64,000 bases of DNA from Candidatus Melainabacteria bacterium 17Bon1m. GTDB lineage: Bacteria; Cyanobacteriota; Vampirovibrionia; Obscuribacterales; Obscuribacteraceae. This document shows, one piece after another, positions 28,342 through 38,721 of the stretch. Position 1 is the first letter of the stretch. Each line of letters opens with the position of its first letter. The notes beneath the pieces are model-generated. The model was not told the origin of the DNA, made no database searches, and worked only from the letters and a program-made list of their open reading frames with translations. Both the position numbers and the translations under genes were made by a program. The stretch lies in contig JAVLKG010000002.1 in assembly GCA_032128875.1 (NCBI GenBank), positions 1,024,001 to 1,088,000 on the forward strand, read 5' to 3'.

Positions 28342-30882
28342 CTAGTGCGGTGATTCCACCGGCTGGCGGCTTTCGGAGTTTGTCATCACAATGCCTTGTA
28401 CTAGTCGACTAACTGATTCGCAAAATTCGTCTGTAGAAATTCCCGCTCCCGTGAGGTGTCTGGTCAGACCAAGCGTCATCTTATTTATGTCTGCGTTCGC
28501 CAAACCTTTTTCTGTATATACGATGAGAGGTAAAGAATGCTCCTCGCCTTGTCTCAATCCGGCAAGTACTTCAAAACAGCGTTCGTTTGAAACGGACAGA
28601 TCAAGCACAATCATGTCAGGTTCGAGTTCTCGGACCGTAGCTGAAAGTGATTGATCAACTTCATCAACAACGTGAAAGCCGCCACGCAGAATTGTCTTCT
28701 TCAATAGATTTGATTTTGCAGAGTCACCTTCGATAACAAGAATTCTGCTTTCTGCTGCAAGCACGCCGGCTTGCCTTCCGACTTTTCGCAGGCGCGCGCA
28801 GTCGAATGGATTTTTTTGTATATCCAGAAGAACCGGGCTGGCGATTCTGCCGGTTTCTTCATTCCATCCCCCTAAAACTATGATCGGCACTTCTCTAGTA
28901 ACTAGTGCGCCGCCCGCGTGTTTGATGATCTCCAACCCGCTGCCGTCAGCCAATTCGACATCCACAAGCACGACATCTGGAAATGTCTTTTCTATGATCC
29001 TCTCTGCTTGAGCTAGTGTCGCCGCGCGCAAAAGATCGAAGCCTGATTTTTGCAGTAAGTCTTTTAGAGGCTCGGTGACCTTTTCGTCGTCTGCTACCAA
29101 CATGACGCGCAGTCTGTGCAGAGTCAATGTCTCGTCTGGCGCCGAGGGCAGGCTTTCGCCCGGAGAAAGTTCAAACCAGAAGTTGGAGCCCTTTCCGACT
29201 TCTGTTTCTACGCCGATGTTGCCGCCGTGCTGCATTACAATCGCTTTTGAAATTGCCAGTCCAAGCCCCGTGCCACCCTTCTTTCGAGTATCGGATGAAT
29301 CTAGTTGTTGGAATTTCGCAAACAACTTATTCATTTGATCGTCACGAATTCCAGGTCCCTGGTCAATAACTGCGAAACGTGCTCTACCTTCTTTTGTCTC
29401 AGTAACTAAGATTTTGACTTCTTTTCCTTTCTCGGAAAATTTGATTGCGTTTGATATTAGGTTGTTCAAAACTTGCACGATTCGATCGGGATCGCAGAGT
29501 AAAGCTTCGTTGAATTCAATCGACTTCGTTAGCGACACACCAGCGTCGTCCGCAAGCCCACGAATTGCCTGAAATGTTGTGTCGACAAGCGATTGTGGGT
29601 TTGTCAGTTGAGGCTTGAGCATCAACTTGCCGGCCTCGATTTTTCTGAAATCTAAAATGTCATTGATGAGCCGGATCAATCTGTCGCATTCACCACCGGC
29701 GATGCGTACTAAGTGACCACCTTTTTGCGACAGTTCGCCCACTGCGCCACTGGTCATCAAACCAAGCGCTGTGCGGATAGACGTAAGTGGAGTTCGCAGT
29801 TCGTGCGAAACAGTCGAATAGAATTCACTGACTCTTTTTTCGGCTTCTTTCCGGGCTGTGATATCACGCACAATACCAGTATAAATTCGCCGGTCTCCCA
29901 AATTGAGTACAGAAAGCGCTGCTTCAACGGGAAAGGTGCTGCCATCCTTGCGCCTGCCTTGTATCTCTTCCCCGATACCGACTACATGTTTTTCGCCAAA
30001 CTGTGATTTTTTTTGCTCATCAGGTGTTTCCAAAGTCAGATTTTCCATTACTGTTGCAATCTGAACACCAAGCAACTCTCCTGCGCCATAGCCAAACATG
30101 TGCTGCAGTGCGTCATTGGCAGACTCAATCTCCCCTGAATCAGAGAAGGTGACTATACCGTCTGGAGCGGTGTCTACGATTGCCCTCATTCGAGCTTCTC
30201 TTTCCGCTAGTTTTCTTTCTGCTTCTCTCGAGTCAACGACATACCGATTGAGAATGAACAACATAGACAGCAAGATAAGAAAAGCGGCCGTCATCATGAT
30301 CCAGATGGCGCCAAGCGTTTGCAAGTTGTTGTTGCTTATAGTTTCACTCGTGGCGAGCTGCATTTGTTTTTCTCTAGTGCGTAAATCGACAAGTTGTCCT
30401 TCGATGAGCACTGAGAGCTTTCTGAATTCGTCAGTATCTAATAGCTCCGCAGTTGCAGAATAGCCCTTCTTCTTGCGGGTCTCGATTATTTGCTCGTTGA
30501 CTATGAGTCGATCGTTCAGATTGCGTTTTATCGATTGCACTTCATACTTGTTGGCGCGGTCGCCCAGCAACTGAATCAACTTATCGAGGTGCTGATTTAT
30601 CCGGGTCGCGCAATCCCTCATATAGGGCAATTCACGATCTTCACCATTGGTGATGAAGGCAATTTCCGCACAGCGCAAATCAGAATATGCCGTCATTGTC
30701 TCTTCCATCTCGTACAAAGCTTCCTGGCTTTGTGAGATGGAATTGTTGCCGGGTTGCAGTTGTTGACTGGCGACGCCGCCAATGTACAGAAGAACCAATG
30801 CAGTTGCCAGCACGGCGAACGCGGCTTTGATGGTCAAGTTGGCGCTGGAGCCAATCTGTTTAGCGTTTGCCGACTTTTCCAT
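28342..30882 (-). CDS. Hybrid sensor histidine kinase (TM-CHASE3-like-TM-PAS-HisKA-HATPase-2 REC)
   Basis: SHELRTPL, NLISNAIKF, GGTGLGL, PAS RRKDGSTFPVE; C-terminal receiver-like domains. Confidence 0.92.
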   Translation of the reverse strand: MEKSANAKQIGSSANLTIKAAFAVLATALVLLYIGGVASQQLQPGNNSISQSQEALYEMEETMTAYSDLRCAEIAFITNGEDRELPYMRDCATRINQHLDKLIQLLGDRANKYEVQSIKRNLNDRLIVNEQIIETRKKKGYSATAELLDTDEFRKLSVLIEGQLVDLRTREKQMQLATSETISNNNLQTLGAIWIMMTAAFLILLSMLFILNRYVVDSREAERKLAEREARMRAIVDTAPDGIVTFSDSGEIESANDALQHMFGYGAGELLGVQIATVMENLTLETPDEQKKSQFGEKHVVGIGEEIQGRRKDGSTFPVEAALSVLNLGDRRIYTGIVRDITARKEAEKRVSEFYSTVSHELRTPLTSIRTALGLMTSGAVGELSQKGGHLVRIAGGECDRLIRLINDILDFRKIEAGKLMLKPQLTNPQSLVDTTFQAIRGLADDAGVSLTKSIEFNEALLCDPDRIVQVLNNLISNAIKFSEKGKEVKILVTETKEGRARFAVIDQGPGIRDDQMNKLFAKFQQLDSSDTRKKGGTGLGLAISKAIVMQHGGNIGVETEVGKGSNFWFELSPGESLPSAPDETLTLHRLRVMLVADDEKVTEPLKDLLQKSGFDLLRAATLAQAERIIEKTFPDVVLVDVELADGSGLEIIKHAGGALVTREVPIIVLGGWNEETGRIASPVLLDIQKNPFDCARLRKVGRQAGVLAAESRILVIEGDSAKSNLLKKTILRGGFHVVDEVDQSLSATVRELEPDMIVLDLSVSNERCFEVLAGLRQGEEHSLPLIVYTEKGLANADINKMTLGLTRHLTGAGISTDEFCESVSRLVQGIVMTNSESRQPVESPH

Positions 30883-30974
30883 CCAACTGCTGCGTCCTAT
30901 ATAGATGATCGCCCATTTTTTTGCTGTTTCATCAAAAGCGCAATCGTGTTAGCAAGAAAATGAGATGATTGCGG

Positions 30975-31649
30975 CTATTGGTCGACGATACGGTAGCCTA
31001 CACCGCGTTTTGTGCGAATAATTGAATTGTCTTCGCTGTCTCCAAGCTTCTTGCGCAGTGTTTTCATATGTGTTCTGACCGTATCGATCGATGCGGAAGA
31101 ATCAGTTTGCCAAAGGCGATCGAGAATTTGCTCTAGCGAAAAACTTTGATTCGGGTGACGCATCAAGAGTTCTAGAAGGGAGAATTCCTTGGCTGTGAGT
31201 TCAATCGTTTTGTCAGCACGCGAGACTCTGTTTGTGACGGTGTCTAGCTCTAAGTCTTGAATCTGCAAAACTCTTCCGGCGAATGCCGCAGGACGACGGA
31301 TCAACGCCCGCACACGCGCTCCCAGTTCTGTCGGGTGAAATGGCTTAACCAGATAATCATCAGCACCAGCGTCCAACCCTTGAGCCATGTCTTCTGGTGC
31401 GCCTTTAGCTGTAAGCATGAGTATTGGCGTACGACCGCCGATGTTTCTGAATTTTGAGATGACATCGACTCCGCTCAGGTCGGGAAGCATCCAGTCCATG
31501 ATGACGAGATCGTAAGTGTGATCCTTTAGACTTTGCAGCGCATCCAGCCCTGAATGTACGACATCAACCATCTGCTTCTCATGCTCGAGCTGCATCTGGA
31601 GCAGGAAAGCGAGATTTTGATCGTCTTCGACAAGAAGAATCTTAGCCAT
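30975..31649 (-). CDS. OmpR/PhoB-family response regulator
   Basis: LVEDD, DWMLP, GADDYLVKPF, winged-helix LTAKEF...RGVGY. Confidence 0.95.
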   Translation of the reverse strand: MAKILLVEDDQNLAFLLQMQLEHEKQMVDVVHSGLDALQSLKDHTYDLVIMDWMLPDLSGVDVISKFRNIGGRTPILMLTAKGAPEDMAQGLDAGADDYLVKPFHPTELGARVRALIRRPAAFAGRVLQIQDLELDTVTNRVSRADKTIELTAKEFSLLELLMRHPNQSFSLEQILDRLWQTDSSASIDTVRTHMKTLRKKLGDSEDNSIIRTKRGVGYRIVDQ

Positions 31650-31726
31650 AATGTTAGGTCTAAGTACGAGCCTGTTTTTAGTAATAAGCCTCTCTATTTA
31701 TGCCCGGTTTGCCGATATTCATATAA

Positions 31727-33208
31727 TCAGCAACCGCTCAAAAGCTTGTGCCGCAATAGCGGGCGCATTCCGGACTCTCCGCAAGATTTCAGCTGAGGAA
31801 TGATCTTGCCGGGATTGCAGATGGAGCGGGGGTCGAAGGCGTTTTTAATCCATGTCATTGCTTCGAGATCGTGAGCCGAAAATGCCATCGGCATCTCATG
31901 AACTTTCTCGATTCCAATGCCGTGTTCGCCTGATAATGTTCCTCCCAGCTCCACGCAAAGTTCCAAAATTTCCTTACCGGCGAGCATTACGCGTTTGACT
32001 TCGTCTTCATTTTCGCGGTGGTAAAGCAAGCAGGGATGCAAATTGCCATCACCGGCATGATAAACATTGGCAATCGTAAGTCTGTGTTTATCACCAATCT
32101 CGGCAATTCTTTCAATTGCTTCTTTCAATTTACTTCTCGGAATAACTCCATCGAGAACATAGCCATGCGGAGCGATGCGCCCGAGCGCTCCAAATGAAGT
32201 TTTGCGAGCTTTCCAAATCAATGCTCTTTCTTTTTCGTCTTTTGCCCAATTAAGCGAGAGTGCGCCGTTTTCTTTTGCGACCGATTCGACAATTTGTCGC
32301 TGCACATGAATGCTTTCTTGCGGTCCATCCAGCTCGACTATGAGAAGGCTGCCGGCGGCGCGATTCAAGCCCATGTGCAGATAATCTTCAACGGCGTTTA
32401 GCGTCAGACTGTCGATCATTTCCATAGCGGCAGGTATTACGCCATGTGCAACAATTTCGGAGACGGCCTGTCCACCTGTTCCTACACTCGGAAAATAAGC
32501 GAGCATGGTCTCTACAAAGCGAGAACGCGGCAAAAGCCTTACTGTTGCCTCAGTGGCGATTCCTAGAGTGCCTTCGGAGCCAACCATCAAACCAAGCAGA
32601 TCGAGAGAAAGCTTATCTTTTGATCTGCCACCGAATACGGTGACACCGCCTTCCGGCAAAACCACTTTTGTGCTCAGGACATGATGGATGGTCATGCCAT
32701 ATTTAAGTGTATGAGGACCACCTGAATTTTCCGCGAGATTTCCTCCAATCGTCGATGCCGACTGGCTGGACGGGTCCGGTGCAAAATACAGTCCATAAGG
32801 CGCCGCAGCGTGCGAAACAGAGAGATTCGTCACGCCCACTTCAACTTCTGCCACCATATCCTTTGGATCGATACGCAAGATGCGATTCATTCTGGTGAGC
32901 ACCAAACTGATTCCGCCATATATAGTCGTGGCGCCACCGGAAAGCCCGGTCGCCGCACCTCTGGCGGTAAACGGCATCGAATACTTGTTCGCCAGTTCTA
33001 CAACCTTCTGGACTTCCTCAGTTGATTTCGGTAATACCACCAAGTCTGGACGTGCCACATCCATTGTCTCCGCGTCGCATTCATATAGAGCCAGCGACAG
33101 CGGAGTGGAAAGCACATAGTTCTTTCCAACCACTCTTGCGAGTTCGTCAATTAGAGCAGCTTTCGCCGTATCGGGCACGTATATCCTCGACAGTCCAGAC
33201 GTATACAT
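31727..33208 (-). CDS. glcD: FAD-linked oxidase, glycolate oxidase GlcD-like
   Basis: RGAATGLSGG, APDPSS, GSEGTLG, HAGDGNLHP, GEHGIG. Confidence 0.85.
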   Translation of the reverse strand: MYTSGLSRIYVPDTAKAALIDELARVVGKNYVLSTPLSLALYECDAETMDVARPDLVVLPKSTEEVQKVVELANKYSMPFTARGAATGLSGGATTIYGGISLVLTRMNRILRIDPKDMVAEVEVGVTNLSVSHAAAPYGLYFAPDPSSQSASTIGGNLAENSGGPHTLKYGMTIHHVLSTKVVLPEGGVTVFGGRSKDKLSLDLLGLMVGSEGTLGIATEATVRLLPRSRFVETMLAYFPSVGTGGQAVSEIVAHGVIPAAMEMIDSLTLNAVEDYLHMGLNRAAGSLLIVELDGPQESIHVQRQIVESVAKENGALSLNWAKDEKERALIWKARKTSFGALGRIAPHGYVLDGVIPRSKLKEAIERIAEIGDKHRLTIANVYHAGDGNLHPCLLYHRENEDEVKRVMLAGKEILELCVELGGTLSGEHGIGIEKVHEMPMAFSAHDLEAMTWIKNAFDPRSICNPGKIIPQLKSCGESGMRPLLRHKLLSGC

Positions 33209-33251
33209 AGTCCTTGCGGACAGTGGATATTATGTCCGAAACGCTGCCGCT

Positions 33252-34115
33252 TTATCTACGGTTTTGCATTCTCATAGTTTCTTGGTCGCCCGTGATGGAT
33301 CTAAATCCAGTCGGACCGCCATTGTTGTGTCCGAATGTGGAAATCTTGTCCACTGTCATACGCCTACTTCCTTGGGGGAATTGCAGCACTGGATTACCAG
33401 CCATTTTTGACACGGTCGCATATACCATCGCGTTATACACAATGCTGCTGCTGTTCGACTGCATGCGCACGTTGATGACACGACCGTCTCTAGTGATGGT
33501 GTAGTTAATCACGCAGACGAGGGGCGGACTCTTTGCCAAGAACGTTTTTGCATAGCCACTAATCTGATTGAAAATTGTTTCTGCCACCCGTCTGTGCCAT
33601 TCGTCCCAGGCGAGTTTCATCTCCTGACCATCAGGATCGTTGGGGTTTTGACGCATTTGATTCATCATTTGTGTGGGCGGCGCCATATCCGGCTGCATCA
33701 TTTGCTGACGGCCTTGCTGCGGAGGCGGCATCTGGTCGCCCATGCCCGGCATACCCTGCCCGTTGAATTGCCCACCATCGTTGGCGCTTAAGTTGTACTG
33801 GGGCGGCATTCCTGTTTTTGCCGCTTGTACTTGAAATGCAGACGGTGGTGCTTCAAAAGTATCTTCCTGCCCTGCGCCGCTGCTGTCGAAAGGATCTCCG
33901 GCATTCTTCATGTCATTGCGATTTAAGCTGGGTCCTTCCTCGGGTCGGATAAAACCCTGGTCGGCGCGCAGTTTGAATGTTTTATTCGGCTGGGTCGCAG
34001 CCTGGACCGGTCCGACCATAAGCTGACCGGCAAACGCGGTGGCCAGTGTTAATGTGGTCACCTTGTGAAGAATGGGTCCGAGACAGGATGATTTAAATGG
34101 CTTCATGGCAGACAA
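33252..34115 (-). CDS. Exported protein with a TonB/TolA C-terminal-like domain
   Basis: Signal peptide, P/Q/M-rich linker, AWDEWHRRV...YTITRDG...SNSS...FPQG. Confidence 0.6.
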   Translation of the reverse strand: MSAMKPFKSSCLGPILHKVTTLTLATAFAGQLMVGPVQAATQPNKTFKLRADQGFIRPEEGPSLNRNDMKNAGDPFDSSGAGQEDTFEAPPSAFQVQAAKTGMPPQYNLSANDGGQFNGQGMPGMGDQMPPPQQGRQQMMQPDMAPPTQMMNQMRQNPNDPDGQEMKLAWDEWHRRVAETIFNQISGYAKTFLAKSPPLVCVINYTITRDGRVINVRMQSNSSSIVYNAMVYATVSKMAGNPVLQFPQGSRRMTVDKISTFGHNNGGPTGFRSITGDQETMRMQNRR

Positions 34116-34291
34116 GTTCGAGTGGTAAGGGTTGTCAGGGTTCCATATATGTAATGTACTCGAAAACGCAAAAAAGTAAATTCGGATACTACGTAGCTGG
34201 AAGTGAGTGTTTAATTAAACGTTTTAGCTCTAAGAACTCATTTAGTAAGGTCGGTCAGTCCCATTTTAGTTGATCCAGGTGACTCGAAAGT

Positions 34292-35116
34292 ATGGAAAAG
34301 ACGAAAGAATTACCCAAAAAACCATGCGGAATTATTGACAGCCATGCGCACGTAGTCAGTGAGTTCTTTGGCGAAGAACGCGAAGAAGTCATTCAGCGTT
34401 CGTTCGACAACGGTGTCGTTCAGATGGTGAATCCAGGCGTAGTTTTAAACAATATCGATGAACTGAAGGATCTTGCCGAGCGCCACGCCAATCTCTTTTT
34501 TGCAACTGGGCTGCACCCGCACGAGGCGAAAGATTGGACGGATAGGTGCGGTGAGGAGATCGAAAAAGCTTCGGCGCATCCTAAGGCAGTAGGTGTGGGT
34601 GAATGCGGTTTGGATTTCTATTACAACAATAGCGATCATGAAAGCCAAAAGAAGGCTTTTGCGGCGCAATGCCGGCTGGCAAAAAAGTTGAACAAACCAG
34701 TTATCGTTCATTGTAGAGATGCATGGCAAGAGGCTTTCGACATTCTCAAAGAAGAGGGCGCCGGCAATTCTCCGGATTCTCTTAGAGGTGTTTTCCACTG
34801 TTTTACTGGTACACCTGAGCATTTACCGAGCATTGCAGAGCTCGGATTCTACGTTTCTTTCTCAGGCATCGTTACGTTCAACAGTGCAAAGACTTTGCAG
34901 GAAGCCGCTAAGCATGTACCGCAAGATAAGATTCTCGTTGAAACCGACTGCCCGTTTTTGGCACCGCAGAAGGTGCGCGGCGCGAAGAATGAACCAAAAT
35001 ATGTTTGGTATGTCGCGGAAAAACTTGCCGAATTGCGGGGCTCGACTGTCGAGTCGATCGCTCAAAGCGCCATGGAGAATACAAGAAAACTCTTCAAATT
35101 GCCAATGCCGGAATAA
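34292..35116 (+). CDS. tatD: TatD-family DNase
   Basis: DSHAH, GLHPH, GECGLD, HCR, HCF, ETDCP. Confidence 0.93.
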   Translation: MEKTKELPKKPCGIIDSHAHVVSEFFGEEREEVIQRSFDNGVVQMVNPGVVLNNIDELKDLAERHANLFFATGLHPHEAKDWTDRCGEEIEKASAHPKAVGVGECGLDFYYNNSDHESQKKAFAAQCRLAKKLNKPVIVHCRDAWQEAFDILKEEGAGNSPDSLRGVFHCFTGTPEHLPSIAELGFYVSFSGIVTFNSAKTLQEAAKHVPQDKILVETDCPFLAPQKVRGAKNEPKYVWYVAEKLAELRGSTVESIAQSAMENTRKLFKLPMPE

Positions 35117-35166
35117 AAGGGTCAGCGCCTGCGGACGGTTTTTTTGAGGGTTTGCGAATTGGGAAA

Positions 35167-35212
35167 GATTTGCGAACGATTTTGCGAACGATTTTGCGAA
35201 CGATTTGGGAAC
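35167..35212. repeat. Short tandem repeat of 11-12 bp units (GATTTTGCGAAC) between convergent genes
   Basis: gatttgcgaac gattttgcgaac gattttgcgaac gatttgggaac. Confidence 0.8.
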
Positions 35213-35242
35213 GGTTTTCGCCGAACAGTTAAGCCGAATAAA

Positions 35243-36553
35243 TTACTTTGTAGCGACTTGCAAGCGCACCTCGGCACCTTCACCTGGTTGAGATGAAAAG
35301 GTCAGCTGAACAGCGTATAAAGAACGCATGATCTCAGCACGTTGACGCATACTGCTCATGCCCATGCCTCCGGCATCCGTCCGTTCTTCGTCGAGAATTG
35401 CCGCATCGTAGCCGGTTCCGTTGTCGCTCACGACAAAAACGTAGCATCCGTCCGATGGCTCTTCAATTCTGACTGTTATTTCCGAAGCAGAGGAATACTT
35501 CTCTGCATTGTTTAACGCTTCTTGTATGATCCTGAAAATGTGCAGCTGAATCAGCTCGGGCAGTCGCGGTAATTCTGTTTCGACATCAAGATTGCAAGAA
35601 ATGCCCGAACGTTCTTCCACCCTCTCCAAAAGCCCTTCGACGCTGACTTTCAATCCCCAATCTTGTAGGTTTCGAGGCGCGTAATCATTGCAAATGTCGC
35701 GAAGTTTTTCGACGACTTCATCTAGCGTCTCCAGCAATTCATCATTTGTCAGCGCTCGGTCGCCGGACATGTAGCGCTTTAGCATCAACAAATCTGCAAT
35801 CACAGTGTCATGCAAATCCCGGGCAACACGCCTCTTTGTCTCTTCTTGCTGCTGGACAATTTTCCACGCTAAGTTTTGAACTTCCAACTTGTGTTGGTCG
35901 ACTTTGTGCGCGCGTGGGAGTTTTAACGGCGCAACTAACGGCTTTTGCAGGGACGGATCGCTGATGCCTTCCTTGTTTTCTTCGGGATAAAGAGAGCCAA
36001 GACAACGATCGAGCAGGAGCAAGATTTCTTCTACTCGCAACCTCTCACCATTGCGCATCCAGGCTGGACCATATTTTGTGTGCACGAGGTCTAATTTGTA
36101 TTTGAGTCGCGTGTCGAATTCTGCGTAGGAAAGGAAAACCATCTCTTTTGTAGGGATGATGAACATTTCAATGGCTTGAGCGGATGCTCTCACGGAAAGA
36201 CAGAGGGCGTCATTTTTAGCGCGAAATCTATAAAAGCTTTTGGGCAAATTCTTTTTGCTCACCAGCGCGTTTATGTGAGGAGGGCTCTCTGGTTCTTTTA
36301 TGTGCTTCGGTGGCGTCAATTCAAGACTTCTGAAACGCTCTTTCTGTGTTTCGTTTTCGATGCGATGCTTCAATGCGTCAAACAGGCTGTCCATCAATTC
36401 GACCGCGACTAGAATATTCTCACGCCCATCGGTGTCAGTGAGCGCAGCGGCTTGCGCCTTTTTCTCTGCGGGTGCCGAATGTTTTACTTCTAATGACTTA
36501 GCCGGAAAAAGAAGTTTTGCCAGCTTTCGTGCGTCGAATGGAAAGTTAACCAC
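35243..36553 (-). CDS. Soluble HisKA_3 (NarX/DegS-type) histidine kinase
   Basis: VARDLHD, RIIQEALNNAEKY, SDNGTG, GMGMSSMRQR; no TM segment seen. Confidence 0.88.
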   Translation of the reverse strand: MVNFPFDARKLAKLLFPAKSLEVKHSAPAEKKAQAAALTDTDGRENILVAVELMDSLFDALKHRIENETQKERFRSLELTPPKHIKEPESPPHINALVSKKNLPKSFYRFRAKNDALCLSVRASAQAIEMFIIPTKEMVFLSYAEFDTRLKYKLDLVHTKYGPAWMRNGERLRVEEILLLLDRCLGSLYPEENKEGISDPSLQKPLVAPLKLPRAHKVDQHKLEVQNLAWKIVQQQEETKRRVARDLHDTVIADLLMLKRYMSGDRALTNDELLETLDEVVEKLRDICNDYAPRNLQDWGLKVSVEGLLERVEERSGISCNLDVETELPRLPELIQLHIFRIIQEALNNAEKYSSASEITVRIEEPSDGCYVFVVSDNGTGYDAAILDEERTDAGGMGMSSMRQRAEIMRSLYAVQLTFSSQPGEGAEVRLQVATK

Positions 36554-36559
36554 GGCAGC

Positions 36560-37198
36560 CTATACGCCTCTTGCGCTTATATCCAAACTGCCATAGCCAT
36601 TTTCAACTGCCCACGCAATTAGCTGTTCTCGGGTTTCTAGTCCTAGTTTTAGCAGCAGCGTCTCGCACTGTTTTCTTACTGTAGTAATGGAAGTTGTTCG
36701 TGCGTCGGCGATGTCTTGATACTTCATTCCTCTGGCCATCATGCGCAGCACTTCGTCTTCACTGCGAGTGAGTTTTTTCCAATTGCCTTTCACTTGCTCT
36801 GAGACGATTCCTGTCTCACCTTTTGCTACTCGTCTTATTGTTTCGGCAACCTTTGCCACTCTTTCCGACTTCAGTAAATAGGCTTGAACTCCCATTCCTA
36901 GCACGGTCTGAATGAAAGCCATACGACTCTCCGCTGAAAAGATCACCAGCTTCGAATCTTTCAATTGAGAAAACTTTTCCACCATTGAGCGCGGACCGTG
37001 CGAGCCAGGCAAGTGAAGATCAAGAAGCACCACATCCGGCTTCATCTGTTCGACCATCTGATAGCCTTCATCGCCATCAAGAGATGTGGCAATCACTTTG
37101 ATATCGCTCTCTTGCGACAGCCCAATCGTCAAGCCATCCAGAGTAGCTTGATGATCCTCGATGATCACTACCTTGATAGGCTCTGTCACTTCATTCAC
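36560..37198 (-). CDS. NarL/LuxR-family response regulator
   Basis: IIEDH, LLDLHLP, YLLK, HTH LTRSEDEVL...KLG. Confidence 0.92.
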   Translation of the reverse strand: MNEVTEPIKVVIIEDHQATLDGLTIGLSQESDIKVIATSLDGDEGYQMVEQMKPDVVLLDLHLPGSHGPRSMVEKFSQLKDSKLVIFSAESRMAFIQTVLGMGVQAYLLKSERVAKVAETIRRVAKGETGIVSEQVKGNWKKLTRSEDEVLRMMARGMKYQDIADARTTSITTVRKQCETLLLKLGLETREQLIAWAVENGYGSLDISARGV

Positions 37199-37217
37199 TC
37201 CAATGTGTGTGTTTAAC

Positions 37218-38717
37218 TTAATTTTCGCTGAGTTTTCGATATCGCTTGCCCAGACTTGTCGCTTTTGCGAAGTGCTCGGAGTTTTTTGAAACTCTCAAGA
37301 GCGAGTCGGCAGCGCCTTGATAGTTTTTCGCTTGGGCAAGTCTTACGCCTAAATTGAAGAGCAAATCGTCAACGTAAGTTTGCTCTTGGGGTTTTAACCT
37401 CTGCCGCTTTATTTTGTCGAGCATTTGGAGCGCTTCGACTGTTCTTCCCTGAGTAATCAACTCTTCAACAGAGCTGAGTGCGGGCGGCGGCTGTTCGGGG
37501 AAAACCAGCTTGAGAGCAGAGAACATGAGGAAGGCTGAGACCAGAGTAAAGACAAAAACGTTGAAGCGGTGTTTTGAACCAGCGGAAAGAATGTCCTTCT
37601 TGCTGGTCGCTTGCTCCGCGTGAGCGGTGTCTTCCCGCATGTCCGGAACGTTAAGTACTTCCTGTGGTGTCGTTATTGCAAACTGGCTTTCTTTCAAAGC
37701 CATATGCACTGCTTTCGTCGAAGCATCGTCGAAAGGAATCCAACCAGATGCTCCGACCGCGCTCTTGTCCTTTTTCTTCTCAAATTTGGACAGAGCCATC
37801 TCGATATCATCGAGAAGCTCTTCAGCATTAGCTTGGCGCTCAAACTTGGTTTTGCTCAGCGCTTTTTTGACTGCTGCTTCCAGACCTGAAGGAAACGGCA
37901 AATCGACACGAATAGCATTCATACTCGGCGGTGGACGATTGACGTGCATAAACATCAAGCCCATGACGTCGTCCGCATAGAAGGGACGCTTGCCTGTTAG
38001 CATCTCAAAAATCGTCACGCCCAGCGAATAGACGTCGCTGCGAATATCCAGCTCTTCGCCTCTGCATTGCTCTGGGCTCATGTATCCGGGCGAGCCGCAG
38101 ACCTTGCCGTCCATAGTCAGAGACCCCGATTGCTCGTTGCGCTCGAACATGAGTTTTGCGACACCGAAGTCGAGCACTTTTACAATTTCGTTTTCGAGGA
38201 CGATGTTTTCCGGCTTCAAGTCGCGGTGTATGACTTTGGCTCTGTGAGCCTCCGCCACGGCGCTGAGAACCTGGCGCATGATAGGCAAAGCCTCATCTAG
38301 AGATATGTGTCCTTTATCGCGAATTCTGCGCGACAGAGACTCTCCTTTGAGAAACTCAGTGACGATATAAGGCTGTTCTTCGCCCAATAAGCCGTAATGA
38401 AAGAGCTTGACGATATTGGGGTGGTTGAGACTGCTGATAGTCTTTGCTTCGCGCAAGAACCGGCGGCGTGAATTGGGATCGGATACACGGCTGCCGTGCA
38501 GGAGCTTAATGGCCATTTGCCGTGATGTTGTTTCATCCAGCGCGCGAAAAACAGCACCCATCGAGCCTTGCCCTAAGAAGGCCAAAATGCGATAGCGGTC
38601 ATCGATATACTTGCCGATAAAAGGGCTCTTTCCGGCATCAGCAAGGCGAACACTGTCGACCGGACAAAGGTCTTTGTCGTCCTCGAAAAGTTCGTTGCAG
38701 GTGTCGCAAAGCTTCAT
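37218..38717 (-). CDS. Zinc-ribbon Ser/Thr kinase with TM helix and TPR-like tail
   Basis: MKLCDTC...CP, HRDLKPEN, DFG, GSPGYMSPEQ. Confidence 0.92.
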   Translation of the reverse strand: MKLCDTCNELFEDDKDLCPVDSVRLADAGKSPFIGKYIDDRYRILAFLGQGSMGAVFRALDETTSRQMAIKLLHGSRVSDPNSRRRFLREAKTISSLNHPNIVKLFHYGLLGEEQPYIVTEFLKGESLSRRIRDKGHISLDEALPIMRQVLSAVAEAHRAKVIHRDLKPENIVLENEIVKVLDFGVAKLMFERNEQSGSLTMDGKVCGSPGYMSPEQCRGEELDIRSDVYSLGVTIFEMLTGKRPFYADDVMGLMFMHVNRPPPSMNAIRVDLPFPSGLEAAVKKALSKTKFERQANAEELLDDIEMALSKFEKKKDKSAVGASGWIPFDDASTKAVHMALKESQFAITTPQEVLNVPDMREDTAHAEQATSKKDILSAGSKHRFNVFVFTLVSAFLMFSALKLVFPEQPPPALSSVEELITQGRTVEALQMLDKIKRQRLKPQEQTYVDDLLFNLGVRLAQAKNYQGAADSLLRVSKNSEHFAKATSLGKRYRKLSEN

Positions 38718-38721
38718 TCTT

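Noticed and set aside
35167-35212. Possible CRISPR array
   Set aside because: The units are 11-12 bp and contiguous with no spacers, and there are no cas genes.
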